Source: Marsupella aquatica (Eukaryota; Plantae; Marchantiophyta). Taken from it: a stretch of DNA of 64,000 nt. A program made the translations under genes and the position numbers. Under the pieces are notes generated by a model. It had not been told where the DNA came from. It did not search any database and saw only the letters and a program-made list of their open reading frames with translations. Positions 50,395-64,000 of this stretch are shown here, piece after piece; positions within the stretch are counted from its first letter, which is position 1, and the number at the start of each line of letters is the position of its first letter. Where the stretch lies: the NCBI GenBank assembly GCA_973895155.1, contig OZ316896.1, positions 20,962,152 through 21,026,151 of the forward strand, given 5' to 3'.

Positions 50395-52955
50395 GTTAGA
50401 TAATATCATATAAACATGAGTTTATAATACCTTCTTTTGCCTCCTACGTTTTTGAAAAAAATTAGTTAATTTTTATCAAAAATGCCTATTTTGGATCGCA
50501 CATGCTTCTTAAGATTTTTGATAGTCAACCCCCCGAGAAAGTGAGCAGCCAAATGCAACATCAAACTTTGAATCACGAGTGCAAAGGACTCAAGCAACCA
50601 CAAGCCAAAACATCAAGAAAAGGAGCAGCCGTGTCCAATGCCAAACTAGGTACTGCCAGTGTAAAGAATGAGCAAAAAAACAAGCAAAAATATTGAGAAA
50701 GCGAGCAGGCAAATGTAGTGTGGAACTCTAAATAGTCAATGGAAAGAATGAGCCAAAAATGGGCAAAAACATGAAGAAAGCGAGCAACCAAATACAATGT
50801 GAATCTTTGAAGCCCCAGTGGAAGGAACCATGATCAGACATTCATAATTCTTTGTAGGGATGAGATGGTTGATTTTAGGGCCTCTAGTTGGATTTCATTG
50901 CTTGTAACCTCCTATGTAGTTCACTCTGGAGCTCTAGCAGTCTCCTTAGATGCCAATAGCAAGGATTTTGGATTTTCATGTCCCTAGTTGTTCCTTTGCC
51001 CAAGTCCTTTGGGTTAGTTTGGCTCTTTGTTTGCCTCCCCTTCATTGGATTGATTAGGGGACCTTTGTTTTTAGGCACTTTGAAGTATATACTATGGGCT
51101 CCACAAGAAACAGAAAACTAGAGGAGGGGTTTGGTGACTCTGTTTCGCAGATTCCTTGCCCTCCCATTCTCTATGGAATCTTACCATTATGTATAGGATA
51201 ATCCCTGTTGAGTACAAGGTTACTAGCTTTCTGTAACTTGTGACCAGAAAGTGAAGAAAACCTGACTAACGACAACTGGGAAGCTTTTTCTGAACTTTGT
51301 TGAAGCAAGATTCAGACGAGAACCCCTGCCCACACCTCAATCATAGTATGTAATTGCTGTCCAGAAAAAAGGTTACTTCCCCTCAAGAGATTATGGGAAT
51401 AGCAAGTACCTCAAAAAATGGTTACACAATGGTAGCTTGCATTCTGTACGTAAACAATGTTCACACTCCTTGCCCTCCCGCTTTCTCTATAAAATCATAC
51501 CATTATGGTACTGCTACATGTTCCCCGCTGAGGTCCCTTCCATGCTCCCCCACATTGCCATGTTGTCTTTTGTGCCCAACCATTTTCAAAAAATATTTTT
51601 GACTTGAAAGCCAAAAACAGACCCATCTAACTGAGGATAAACTTTTTGCTCCGTAGCATGCGATTTCATGTAGGGTGGCCACAAGGGGACAATACCCAGG
51701 GATCCGACAGGACCCATAATAAGGGGGCAAGAGGGTTGAACCAAGGCCCTAAAGCAACTACACCCCACCCACACATACCCTCCACACCCCTTGCATGTGG
51801 AGGGGGATTGAAATGGGACGACCAGGGGCTGAGGAGAAACAAGGACTCCCACCACTACACCCCCACCCACACATACCATCCACACCCCTTGCGTGTTGCA
51901 TGGGCTGACGAGAAACCAGCACTCCCACCATTACACTCCCACCCACAGCCCTTGCGTGTTGCAAAGGGGGATTGAACCTGAGATCTCTAAGTTCTAGGTT
52001 CATCCCCAGGCCAACTAACCACCCTTGCCCAACTAACCAAAGCCAGTTGGTTTGAGCCATTCTTTTCCATGCAAAATTTTGCGTACATGTTACTTTGGGA
52101 TCCTTGGTGTCAAATGATTCAGAGTGTCAAATGATTCAGAGGAAGTAAAATTATGGGAAATTTGTGAGATGGTCGCCAAACACCTACTGTACCTCGGGCC
52201 AGGGTGAATGCACCAGATCCAACTTCTGAACAGAGTAGTGAAGCAATAGTAGTGGTGAGATCCCAAAACTCGGCCTCGTGAGGGTGGCGCAGCAGAGTCA
52301 GAGGTCGACGGAACCATCGCTATGCTCATGGCGTGTGTTACATTTCTTGTGATCAGAAGCTGGATTTCGGAATCGAGTTCAAGTGCAGATACTTTGTGCT
52401 GCGACGGATAGTTGACCTATACCATTTGAGGCTTACCTTTCCAATTGACCTGGTTTGCTGCTTCTGCTGCTGCGGTTGCTGCGACTGTCACATTGCTCAC
52501 TGCTTTGAATGTGATCCGGAATCTTTCAATCATTGAGAAAGGTAGATGAATTTTTGGCATCCGGATGGGACTTCTGGGATTTTCTGGGGCCCTCGTGTGA
52601 TTGTGTTGAGGTCTCGATCACAAGATTCTCATTTGTTTCACGGTTGTTGACTCTTGGTGTTTGGGTTCTCTGTTCTCTGTTCTTTAGGTCTTTCTGGTCC
52701 TGGCCAGTCAGATAATGTGGGACAGTGTTTAGATTGTGACAATTGGAAAATAGATCGAAGATAAGAATTGTGGATACCAGTGAGTCTGTTGTTGTTCATG
52801 TGGCCTTCGTTGTGATGGAGCTTTGTGAATGGATCTGAATTTAGGTCGAATTCTGGTTGTTCGATGGAATCAGGTTTTTCGCTGAAGTTTCCTGAGAGTT
52901 GGTGATGCCCTTGGATACCGTGGGAAAAGCGAGAGGGTGATGTTCGGGGATCTCG

Positions 52956-55900
52956 ATGAGAGCTATCAAGTTGCCGGAACCGCCGAGCGGTCCTGTCAAG
53001 ATGCCAGAGATTTTCGACAGAGGGATCACCAGCGTCATACGTCGTGCCATCATCATTGGTAATGGCAGTGCAGGAGCAGAGCATCAGAGCATAGGGCTCG
53101 TTCGGGCGCTCGGCCTCGGGAACAAGTATACTCTCCACGTAAGTCCGATCGATTTGTCCACCTCAAAATTACATTTCGGAACATAATGAAGGAAAAAATA
53201 GGTGTTGAAAATTTTGGTGCAGTGCCAATGTCTGGATTATTTTTTGCCTATTCAGATTAATGTACGAGGTTGCTGTCTAGTGCATGATCGGTACTTCTTT
53301 TGTGTCTCTTGGAGTGTCGTCGTGCATGCCATAACAATTCGTGTCCAGCGAGATAATCTCTTCTCTTTGTCATTTCGTGGAATTGCCGATGCTTGAGACG
53401 TTATCATTTAAAAAAGAAGAATTCACCGATGGATTTTAGGAATACTATTCAGTGAGCTCTCCCGGATGGTTGACTTATTGTAAACTTTTCAGAGGGTTGA
53501 ACTCATGTTCCTACTGTTACTTTTGTTTTGGTTGATATGGCAGCGGGTAATTCGCCCTAAAGGTGGGTATAATTATTGGCTACGATGGCTTTCGGTTCCA
53601 GTTCACAAGAGACTCGATTCAATTCTGAAGCACATATGGTCTGACTGGAGAGTGGTGTCTCTATCATATATGGTGAAAGGGCACGAGGGAGAGGTCAATT
53701 CAGTCCATGAAGAGTACGATGGCCCCATCGATTACAATGGGACCTCTGGCCTTAGAACTCTCGCATCATCGGACGGGAAGCCGACGGTGCCCGAGGCTGA
53801 TGCAGGAAAGATTGCCGCTATAGCACAGCTGAATGTTGACAGGTAGGTTAACTTCATTGATTTTGTCTTAGAAGTGCAAAAGGCTGTGCACCTCCGTTTA
53901 TATGCAGAAAAGTAGAGTAGATCAAGAGTCAGATCGTTCCTGTAGTTTTGGTGGATGACGTTGAAGCGGATCGAAATCTGGAACCTGGTGGTTTTGAGAT
54001 GCTCGGATGGATTTGCTTTTCTGTATCGACCTATTCAGAGAGGGGCCCTTGCTGGTGGTGGCGTCAGGTCGTGACACTGTGGCAGTCGCAATCGCAGTAA
54101 AGAAGTTAGCTCCAGATGCAACTTTTGTGATACAGGTATGATTTCTTCAAAGAGAACTATAATAGCAAATCTAAAATGTCTGCGTGATAGAATTATTCAA
54201 TAATCTATTCATTCATTTGAATATTTTCAATCAATAATCTGTGCAGTGTATCCAATGTATGTAATCGATACAGTATCTTCAATCTGTTCAATGTGTCCAG
54301 TTTTTCACTTCTTCAGAGACAAGTTAAATTTAATTTATTCTCAAAATTGAGATTACTATAAAGATGAATACTCTGTAAAGTGTCTTGGTTAAATTGGGAA
54401 TCTAGGACTAATTGGTTCTAACCTCGTTCCACTTTTTACTTAGTGATGTATTGTGCGAAGAGGCTTATGTTATTATGTGTGTGTTATTACAAGTACAGAT
54501 ACAGCATCCACGTTGTAACCTGGAACTCTTTGATATGGTGATCACACCTGTCCATGACTACCACGCCATGAGCCCAGCAGCTCGCACTGAAGTTCCACGT
54601 GCTGTGATACCTTGGCTTACTCCACAACAGCCACCCAACAAGAATGTGGTATGTCTCCGTCTATCATTCAGTATTTTCCAAACTCACACTCATGCTCGTG
54701 TAGGAAATCGTTAGATGAAGCACAGAGTCATTTCGGATATTGGATCGCCAACTTGGGTAATTAGGTTCAAATATGTCGTATTATTGTGTGTGTAATTTGG
54801 GACTTGCTCGGATAAGACTTTTGTGGCAACAGTTCGTCAAGTGTCTTAGATTAACACCAACACATGTGACAGTCGTACATGGTTTTCTCTGGTAGAGTAA
54901 AGAACTTTGTGTGTCTCTGAAATTAGGTGCTAACAATTGGAGCTTTGCATCATGCCGATGCTGCAACTCTCCGTGCCGCAGCTGTAACGTGGCATGACGC
55001 GTTCGCACCACTTCCAAAACCCCTTCTAATTGTCAATGTTGGGGGTCCCGCACGTAAGTTTCTCTGGGGAGAGGAATGATTCAATATTATTCACTGTTGT
55101 GTTCGAGATGTGTCATCAAACGTTGGATTTGGCACTTTTGCCGTTGCTGTGAATCTGCATATTAATGTCTTGTGGACACCGTTTCTGACAGAGAATTTCA
55201 ACGTGCCTGTTTCCTCATCTCACCTCCTTGCAGGAAACTGTCGGTACGGTGAAGACCTTACTTGTGAGCTTATACGTGCTTTGCAACAGGTGCTGAGCAC
55301 TGTTGGGAGTGTGTGTATTACTTTCTCACGCCGAACACCCCCGCAGGTATAGAGACGCTTGGAGTCCCGGTGTTAAAGTACTTGTCCAGCGTCGATTGTA
55401 GCCTAGTAAGTTTAGAGGTGACATGGCTGTTTTCGACATTGATGTGGAACTCCATGTGATGGCCAGATTTCTGATTTGATTACCAAGGAATTAGGTGGAC
55501 ACCCAAAGATTTCAATCTGGGATGGTCGAGGTACTAAAGAAAGCTGCATCCTCTTTACTTTTCAGCACTGTATTTAATGAGTTCTTTTCTTTCTTTCCTG
55601 AGTTTATAACGGCCTTGCAATAAATATCCTTTCATCTTTGGCTTATACCGGTTCTGGGGTCCTGTAGGTCCTAATCCTCATCTGGGCCAGCTTGCCTGGG
55701 GAGATACCTTCATTGTCACGGCTGATTCAATTAGTATGCTGAGTGAAGCTTGCAGCACCGGGTAAGATATCATGTGTTTCCAGATTAAGAATCGATTTTA
55801 TCATTTATCTCTGTCGGTGCACTTCTTCCACATTCAATTTCATGGCAAGGAAGTTGTTGATGTGCTTTTCTAACAATGCATTAAGCTGTGTCATAGTACA

Positions 55901-57019
55901 CGAAACTTGCGTTTCTAAGTTTTCCAGACTAACAAGATATATGCTGCCAATCAGGAAACCTGTTTATGTTGTAGGAGGAGAGAGATGCAAGTGGAAGTTT
56001 GCTGACTTCCAAAAAAGTCTGCGATACAAAGGAGTGATCAGGTCATTAACAGGAGCAGAAGATGTATGCATCCAGAGACTCCCTCAATTGCATTTCCCTG
56101 CATGAAAAGTAGACTTCGTTTCTGAAGGAATTAGTTTGGTCTGACAATCTGAACACCTGCAAATCATACATAACCAAGTGAAGGACGAACACTAAAAGCA
56201 AAGATTTTACCATACTGAGAAGGTCCTGAAACCAGTCCTAAGAAGACTGATTTAGTTACTACTTCCAAATGTCCTTATATACTCTTAATCATGATCACCT
56301 GGCCAACAAACAACCTCGAGGGTTATGTAGCATCAACGAGTAGTATGGACAGCAATCACTGATCACCCTGTTAGATGTCTGTAAAAGTTTTAGAAGATTT
56401 AGAGGACTGTCAAAAGCGATCAGGTAGAAATTAGTCATTTCCCACTTAATTTTTATCCTCGGGGCACAATCAACTGCCCCCGATCTTTGAATAGTAGTCT
56501 GGTTCCCCTGCAGTAAGGGACAGTACAATTAGACATGGTAAAACAAATCTTAAGAATAAGCATAAAAATGAAAATGATTGAAAATGAGAAGGATTGAAAA
56601 CGAAAAAGAAACTAAACAAGGGTCCAAGGAGGACGAGTGCAAGAGCCATATGTTACTTTGGCTTCTTTAGATTCTAATTTGGTTTGTTCTTGTCAATAGT
56701 AGGTGTTAGATTCATGAAGAGGGTTTCCAAAGTAGGGTGTGAGTCAGTATTGGAGCAATGTTAACCCGCAGTTTTGGGACGGGGCGCTGGCGCATGATGA
56801 GTCACTGGCATTGATAGGAAACTAGTGACCCTATTGCACCTGCAGAAGGGGCTCACAGTCGTATTATTCATGTGGTTCATCTGACTATTTCTTACAGTAG
56901 GACCTGCGTGTGCATTGCAGATGAGGGAGAGCTGGAGTTACCCACCTCTAAATGATGTGGCCGAGTCTGCTAGACGGGTTCGTGAAGCACTTGCGGAGCG
57001 AGGATGGAGCTCAAATTAG
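52956..57019 (+). CDS. ELM1: Mitochondrial fission protein ELONGATED MITOCHONDRIA 1; about 10 exons
   Basis: MRAIKLPEPP..IRRAIIIGNG.AGAEHQSIGLVRALG, LLVVASGRDT, IQHPR, NVGGP, FSRRTP, GPNPHLG.LAW.D.FIVTADSISMLSEACSTGKP, WSYPPLND; GT-AG introns. Confidence 0.92.
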
Positions 57020-58183
57020 CTTTGATTTGGGAACTTTCACAACACGTGAAGAAAAATCATTGTGCAGGGAATCACTTGGGACAAGTTAATTCCCTTTGAC
57101 AGTTTGCTCGCGAGCAAGTAGATTGTGTAGCAGTTGGTGCAGGTACTCGAGGCAGTGACAGTTTTGTAGGTTCAACGGAGAACAGTACGATAGCAGATGT
57201 GCAGAGCAGATGTGCAGAGTCTTGCTTAATGGAATATGAAGTCGATAAAGAAAGCAAATGTATCGCAGCATACTTTGTTTTGGATAGCCACGTCAACCTC
57301 CGAAAATCATCCACCACCATTAGGTATATCATTCGATATTTACTTCATTCCTCGAGTGTGTATTCCATACAGCATTGCCTCATCTCACCGTGACTGATGG
57401 TACTTGGTGTGGGTGGCGTTCTGAGCACAATTTGTAGCGCTGTCGTTCCACATCCTTTGTGATTGCCAGTCGAATTTGGATTGACCTTCTAATTTGTTCT
57501 TCGTATCAATTGCTAGTCTATTCCAAGACCTTCTACAGTCGGTAGAATGCAGGTTAGATATCAAGTTCGGCTGCTTTCTTTGCCTTCCCTTTTAATCGGA
57601 ATTAGTGGAAACCACACTAGCAGTCGCCCTTCTTCAACCCGATATTCTCTGAAATCCTCAAGAGTAGTTCCTAGGTCTAACTGAAAATATGTAGATATCA
57701 CTGTTTGCTCCAATTTTAATCAATTTTCTTGGCATTGCTAAGATATTCTGAGGCTACATCTGAAAGTCTGGAAATGAGTGGAATCAACTATCTGGGATGG
57801 AAACTTGCAAATTGAATGACAAGTACAATAGGCAAAACGACTCTTCCATCCATAGGAAGAACTAGGGGGCCATAGCTACGGTCACACAGTTCGAAAAGGT
57901 CTGAATGTTGGTTTGCCTAAATGTGTGCCAAGGGATGGGCTAACTTCTTTGTCTAAATATACACTGAAGACGGGGCTAACCTGTTGGCCTGAGTTTTGCG
58001 GGAGAGGCTAACCTGTTGGCCTAATTATTCCTAATTGGCTACGTATAAGCCACAGAAGGTGCTAAATACACCCGTGGGATGGTATAAGCTCTTGGTCTAA
58101 CCACAAATTGCGGCAGAGGCTAACCTGTTGGCCTAAATAGAAACTGAGGGAGGGACTAACCTCTTGGTCTAATTAGAGGCTGA

Positions 58184-58548
58184 GGGCCAACTTGCATGTC
58201 GAGAGTCCTTCACAACGCGGCCCTTAGACTGCAACATGTCGTGATGAGACTTGATAATTGTGCAATCCCCTAAGCCCCTCCTTCGGCAGGCTTGACTGCA
58301 GGTCTGGTGAGGACCCAAGGGCAAGGTCCGGAAACTTTCCGGCCCTTGCAGGTCCTGACCCCTACTTTGCTATTAAAACAAACCTCAAGCTTCTATACAT
58401 AGCATGTCCTGGACTGTCGCTGACAGAACGATCAACGATGACCTTGTACTGGTTTCTCTGATTGGTATAGCAGATCACCCTTTTTCCCTGAAGTGGTGCA
58501 TGAGGTAAGGGCCGCATTGTGAAGGAGTGTCAACATGCAAGTTGGCCC
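58184..58548. mobile_element. PIF/Harbinger (Tourist-like) MITE
   Basis: ~45-bp imperfect TIRs gggccaacttgcatgt..ccttcacaa.gcggccctta; 3-bp flanks tga/cga; inserted in a ctaacctgttggcctaa repeat region. Confidence 0.65.
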
Positions 58549-58818
58549 CGAGGGATGAGCAAACCTCCTGGTCCAAATATAAGACAGGGGAGGGCTTCCG
58601 TTGAGGATAACCTGTTCACGTCAACATGTAATATAGTAAAAGGAAAAACCATGTAACACGATAAATACCTATTGGCCAAGTGTTTATTCAAAACATGTTC
58701 ATTATGTTGATAGGACGCAGTTCAAAGGATGTGGTTGGCCCATACCATACCTTACCTTAACCTGCCTTAGGAGATCTTAGTCACCCATTTGATCTGTTAC
58801 CTTGATAGAATGCTGTCG

Positions 58819-58962
58819 GCCCATACACCTCACCTTATACTTGCAGATAAGAGTATCCCCCTCTGTTTTACTATTGAAATTGAATTTTTTGGCCCATACA
58901 CCTCACCTTATACTTGCAGATAAGAGTATCCCCCTCTGTTTTACTATTGAAATTGAATTTTT
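58819..58962. repeat. ~72-bp tandem duplication
   Basis: ggcccatacacctcaccttatacttgcagataagagtatccccctctgttttactattgaaattgaatttttt x2. Confidence 0.9.
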
Positions 58963-61355
58963 TGTGAACGATTGCTACCTGGGGCATGGGTATGAGCTAG
59001 GCAATTTGCACCAAAATATACAAAATACACCATCCATAGAGACAAGAGAACATGAAGCAGCCTTGGTGTAGAGAGCCCATAAAGGTTGGATCAAGGGCGG
59101 CTTTACAGATGTTGGGGCCATGTCTTCCTTTTAGTCCCTTTGAAATTAATCTGGACATATGATGAGTGTAAATGGTAGTAACGGACTTTACAAGACCTCA
59201 CCTATAGTGTGTACCAAACTTGCATGGCAAGCAGTGGGCCCAAGTAAATTCTGAATGATGTGGAGTGTTTATTTTGTCTAGAATTCCAAACAACTTCTAG
59301 ACGTGGTCCAAACTAGCATTTCTTTCGGTGGCAAAAATTGACCAGATTCAACCTCTCTGAAAAGTCTTTGCCACTTAGTCTTTGTTAGGTGTTTTGTTGT
59401 CCATTAGCCAGTCTCCCATCTAACCACAGACCCCACTAGCTAGAATCTAACAATTATCCTTAAATCTAATGAGATCTGAACAGGTTGAACATTAATTTAA
59501 GAAAATTCAATATGGAATATTCCTAACATGTTCTCTTTCACACAATGTGCTACTAGTCATCCTCACTAAAAAAATTCTTTAAAGTTAGGCCAGTCCAAAC
59601 ATGGACACACTTTGGCTTCCTTCATTCAAGGATGTGCATAGATTGATTTCATTTAAAATATCTGTGATCTGGAGTCTAGGTTTCAAACAAGTAGTGGTCT
59701 CCAGTTTGCTTTGGTGATGGAAAGTCACATCTGCCCCAAATGTCTTCTAAAGCCACCCTAAAATTCAGTTTGCTTTGATGAAAAAAAAGCCAAAAGTGCC
59801 CCTTGTCTTGTAAAGTCTCCCTAAATCCAATTTTTCTTGGTTACAAAAAGTCAAAGTGCCCCAAATTTCTTGTAGTCTCCCAAAATCCAGTTTGTGTTGG
59901 TGAAAAGGAGTCATAAATATCCATGATTTCTCATAAAGCCACCATAAAACAACAATAACCGGTTCCCCCTTCTTTATAAGTCCCCATCGGCATTAAATAG
60001 GTGTCATCCGTCTCACCAGACCCCTTCCCACTCCCAAACTCTCCAGTACGACTCTACGAGATACGTAACCTCAGATCGCCCTGAAATTAATTCAGACAAA
60101 CGAACATAAAACCCATTATTTATTCAATTGCATTTGCCCTCACGTAAGCTCTCGCCGCGTGAACCGGACCCAGCGCCTCCGACGGCGGCACCGACGGCAC
60201 GGGTAGTTAAGAGTTACGGCGCCGTCCAGTTAGGTCACCGTTGAACTAGCGAAGCAGAGCCGAAAGAAACCAAATTCCGAAAGAAAGGGAGATTTCCCTC
60301 TCTGCCTCTCCTTCTCTCGTTCCTCCTCCCGTTTCTCTCGATCCTTTCGCGTCGAGTCCTCGATCGATTTGACTCGATTCCTACTCTCTCGAATAGGAAA
60401 TCTTCTCTTCTCTCTTCTGATTTCCTTTTCGCGACTCCTCGTCGACTAATCGTCTCGTCGGCCCTGTTTCTCGAATCCTCTGCTCCGCTTTTCTCGACTT
60501 CTCTCGTCTCGTCTCGTCTCTGTTTTGCTTCGCTTCGTGGTGCGGCGGGAGTCGACTGCTGGACTGCGCTCGACTGCTGCTGCCTTCTTCTGCGCGAGGG
60601 GCGGGGAAGGAGCGAAGGGGAAGCGCTCAGCGCGTTCTGGCGCTTGCTCGTCGGTCGCTTGTGGTTCGTCCAATTTCTGAGCGCAAAGTGCGGTGCGCCT
60701 TGTGTTCGCCTCTGTTTCGGTGCCCTTTGCTGTTGCTCTCGTCATAGGTCGTAGTTTTGTCCGGTAGAGGTTCGTGGAGCGGATTCTTTGTTAGTCGGCC
60801 ACTCATCAGTCAGCAGCCAGCCAGGCCTCTCCTCTGCTCACCGCTCGCCATAAAAGGGGAGGGGGAGGGAAACGGCAGGTTTAAAGCGAGGAAAGCTAGG
60901 GCTGCTTTGAGGCGGTTCGGTCTTTCTCGGCTTCTGGTCTTGGAGCTTTCTGCAGCGGACGTCGTCTGCGGCCTGTGCCGGACTCGACGCCTCTACGTCT
61001 TGTAGGTCTGAATCGAGAGAAGACAGAAACGCAGACTCACAGAGAGAGTGAGGGTGCGAGCGAGACAGAGAGAGAGAGGCTATAAGGTGTTTAGTTACGA
61101 GGTGGGCTTCTGAAGTTTCTTCCCCGCCACTGTTGTGCTCTGCAGGTTGGAATTGTTGTCATCGACGGGGGCGTGAGAATTTTTTTGTCGTGTTGTTTGT
61201 GTCTGCGGCGGCGGTGTTTTGGTGGATTGAGAAGGGTGATCACAGCCGATCTGATCGGAATCGGAGGAATTTGTAGGGACAGTTTAGGAAAGTTGGGAAT
61301 TCTGGCCAACAGGTGTAGGTCGGATTTTTTAGGGCGTATCAGACGTCGTTGAAGG

Positions 61356-64000
61356 ATGGTGTCGGATGCGAGCAAGAAGAAGGCCGCGGCCAAGAAAGCG
61401 GCCGCTGTTGCCAAGCGAGGATCGAAGTCTATTGCAGCCTCGTTGGAGCAGAAGGCGGCAGAGTCACAGAATGGAACGAATGGAATAACTAATGATTTAG
61501 CAATGCTGGGTATCACGGATCGTACCTGTACGGGAGTTCTAGCCTCACATCCGCAGTCTAGAGATATTCACGTGAGTTTCTACTGTCACCCCGTTTCTCC
61601 CGTCTCTTTGGTGCACGTTATACCAAGGGATATGCTCGTGAGCTTCTACTTTCACTTTTCTCCCTTCTCTTTGCATGTTATGCAAAGGTATGTTCCTGAA
61701 AGAACAGGAAGGAGAGTGAGGATATGTCTAAGCCAGGGACGTTGTGTTGCATGTCTCATGTACTTCGTGTTCTTGTCGCAGATTGAGAGCTTATCAGTAA
61801 CCTTTCACGGGCATGAACTGGTTGCGGACTCGACCCTTGAATTGAATTATGGAAGGTCCGTATGCGAGACACTTTCCCTTGTCTAACGTTATCTCTGTTT
61901 CTATTGTCGATGGGTGGCCACTAGGGCAAGTCATCGATGTCTCTTAATTTGCAATTCTGAACTGTGGTTGATTGGTATTTGTGCAGGCGGTATGGGTTGC
62001 TTGGCTTGAACGGATGTGGAAAGTCTACTCTTCTCACATCAATTGGGATGCGTGAAGTGCCCATCCCCGAGCACATGGACATTTATCATCTAACGAGGGA
62101 AATAGACGCCACTGACTTGTCTGCGCTCGAGGCCGTGATGAACGTTGATGCTGAACGCCTTGAACTTGAGAAAGAGGTGGAAAGGTTGGTAGCCCAGGTG
62201 AATACCCTCTTTTGAGACTTAAACCCGTCCATTCCCCAGTTGATTTCGTATGTCCACTGTTTATAATTTAAAGATGCTAGACGTCTTGTTTTGGGGGTAT
62301 TGTGTTGTCCTTGGTGGTAAAGAGGTGGCATTTTTATTCCAGAAGTTGGACCCAAAGCAGGTCTGTGCTTGTTTCTATGTACTTGTCGTTTACATGGAAT
62401 TTAGTGTTTGTTGCTACAGCGATTCCGGCCCATTGTTGATCTGTTCGAGCTGGCCCTAGAGCGTGTGATGGCCACTGATGTTTTGTCACTTTTCTTCTGC
62501 GCTCATTGGATGCAGGATGACGGGGGTGGCGAGGCATTGGAACGGATTTACGAGCGGCTAGAGTCCATGGATTCGGCCACAGCTGAGAAAAGAGCTGCAG
62601 AGATTTTGCATGGACTCGGCTTCAATAAGAAGATGCAAGCGAAGATGACCCGTGACTTTTCCGGAGGTTGGAGAATGCGAATCGCCCTGGCTAGGGCGTT
62701 GTTCATGAATCCCACCATTCTGCTTCTAGATGAACCTACCAACCATCTTGGTGCGTCCCACTTCCACTCGGTCTCTGGATGGGAGAACTTTAATAGATCT
62801 TGCCTCCATGATGTTGTGTAGGAGGATTTCCATGGGCGTGCCGATCATTGAAGATAGATGTCGATGCGTACCACATTAGTACCTCTATTTTGTATTGGAG
62901 TTCTCATGTACCACCTTTACCTCTGCATCTTTCTAACTCTTTTGTCACGGCGAGTACTTTCAGATCTTGAGGCTTGCGTGTGGCTGGAGGAGATCCTGAA
63001 AAAGTTTGATCGTATCCTCGTGGTGGTTTCTCACTCGCAAGATTTTCTCAACGGCGTGTGCACCAATATTATTCACATGCAGGACAAGAAACTCAAGTTC
63101 TATTCAGGTAATTACGACCAATATACGCAAACGCGCTCTGAGCTGGAGGAGAATCAGATGAAGCAGTATCGGTGGGAGCAGGAACAGATATCAGCCATGA
63201 AAGAATACATTGCGAGATTTGGACACGGATCCGCAAAGCTGGCACGACAAGCTCAAAGTAAGGAGAAAACCCTTGCTAAAATGGAAAGGGGAGGTCTCAC
63301 AGAGAAGGTGTCTAGAGATAAGGTCCTGGTTTTCCGCTTTACAGATGTCGGAAAACTTCCCCCTCCAGTTTTGCAGTTCTCAGGGGTTTCATTCGGTTAT
63401 TCTCCGGAACATCAGATCTATAACAACATCGATTTTGGGGTAGATTTGGATTCCCGGATAGCTTTGGTAGGGCCTAATGGCGCGGGAAAGAGTACGCTTC
63501 TCAAGTTGATGACCGGGGATATCGTGCCCGACGAAGGAATGGTCAGACGGCACAATCACCTTCGAATTGCCCAGTATCATCAACATTTGGCTGAGACTCT
63601 GACACTTGATGTCTCAGCATTGCAGTACATGATGAGTGCATATCCAGGGTTAGAAGAGGAAAAGATGAGGGCAGCGATCGGAAAGTTTGGCCTAACTGGT
63701 AAAGCCCAAATTATGCCTATAGGAAACCTCTCAGACGGTCAGAAGAGTCGAGTAATTTTTGCGTGGCTGGCTTGGAGGCTACCCCATCTCCTGCTGTTAG
63801 ACGAGCCTACCAACCATCTCGACATCGAAACTATTGATGCTCTAGCAGATGCTTTGAATGAATGGGATGGTGGGATGGTGTTGGTGAGCCACGACTTCAG
63901 GCTCATTAACCAGGTAGCCAAAGAGATTTGGGTGTGCGAGAATAAGACCGTGACTCGATGGGAGAGTGATATTATGGAGTTCAAGCAACATTTGAAGAAG
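61356..64000 (+). CDS. ABCF1: ABC transporter F family protein (soluble, two ABC domains; plant ABCF1-like), runs off the window end; exons approx. 61356-61571, 61782-61855, 61987-62197, 62516-62750, 62964-end
   Basis: [72 protein letters not shown]. Confidence 0.9.

Noticed and set aside
51640-52060. His/Pro-rich ORFs with cacacccc repeats
   Set aside because: Degenerate tandem repeat with no protein family signal
60446-61005. ORFs in the GC/CT-rich region upstream of ABCF
   Set aside because: Best explained as promoter/5'UTR low-complexity sequence

Overview
Eukaryotic genomic DNA with spliced genes, most likely from a liverwort or other bryophyte; this is inferred from an alpha/beta-hydrolase-NB-ARC-LRR gene and plant APE1, ELM1 and ABCF homologues. 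The first 24.5 kb is one giant nested DNA-transposon complex (815-24525, 26-bp TIRs, 4-bp TSD AAAG). It sits in a partial duplicate of the APE1 gene, and the intact APE1 copy at 45-48 kb shows the empty site. The complex resolves into three elements. Outer element A has a Sola-like/DUF7869-type DDD transposase, a divergently oriented ParB-like/degenerate DNA-methyltransferase gene and an FCP1-like HAD phosphatase. Nested element B (~8451-16669) has a second DDD transposase and a divergently oriented ParB-like/beta-class amino-DNA-methyltransferase gene. Nested non-coding element C (4907-7713, TSD TCCG) restores the transposase reading frame when removed. Arrays of GGGAT..ATCCC palindromes run through A and C. 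The repeated transposase + ParB-MTase layout in two divergent elements is the main candidate for an undescribed system. All copies here look pseudogenised, largely by C-to-T type stop codons. The rest of the window holds Helitron-like repeats with a solo LTR, a damaged hydrolase-NLR, a truncated LINE, MITEs, and the host genes APE1, ELM1 and ABCF (partial). All domain calls are from motif recognition by eye; no searches were run.
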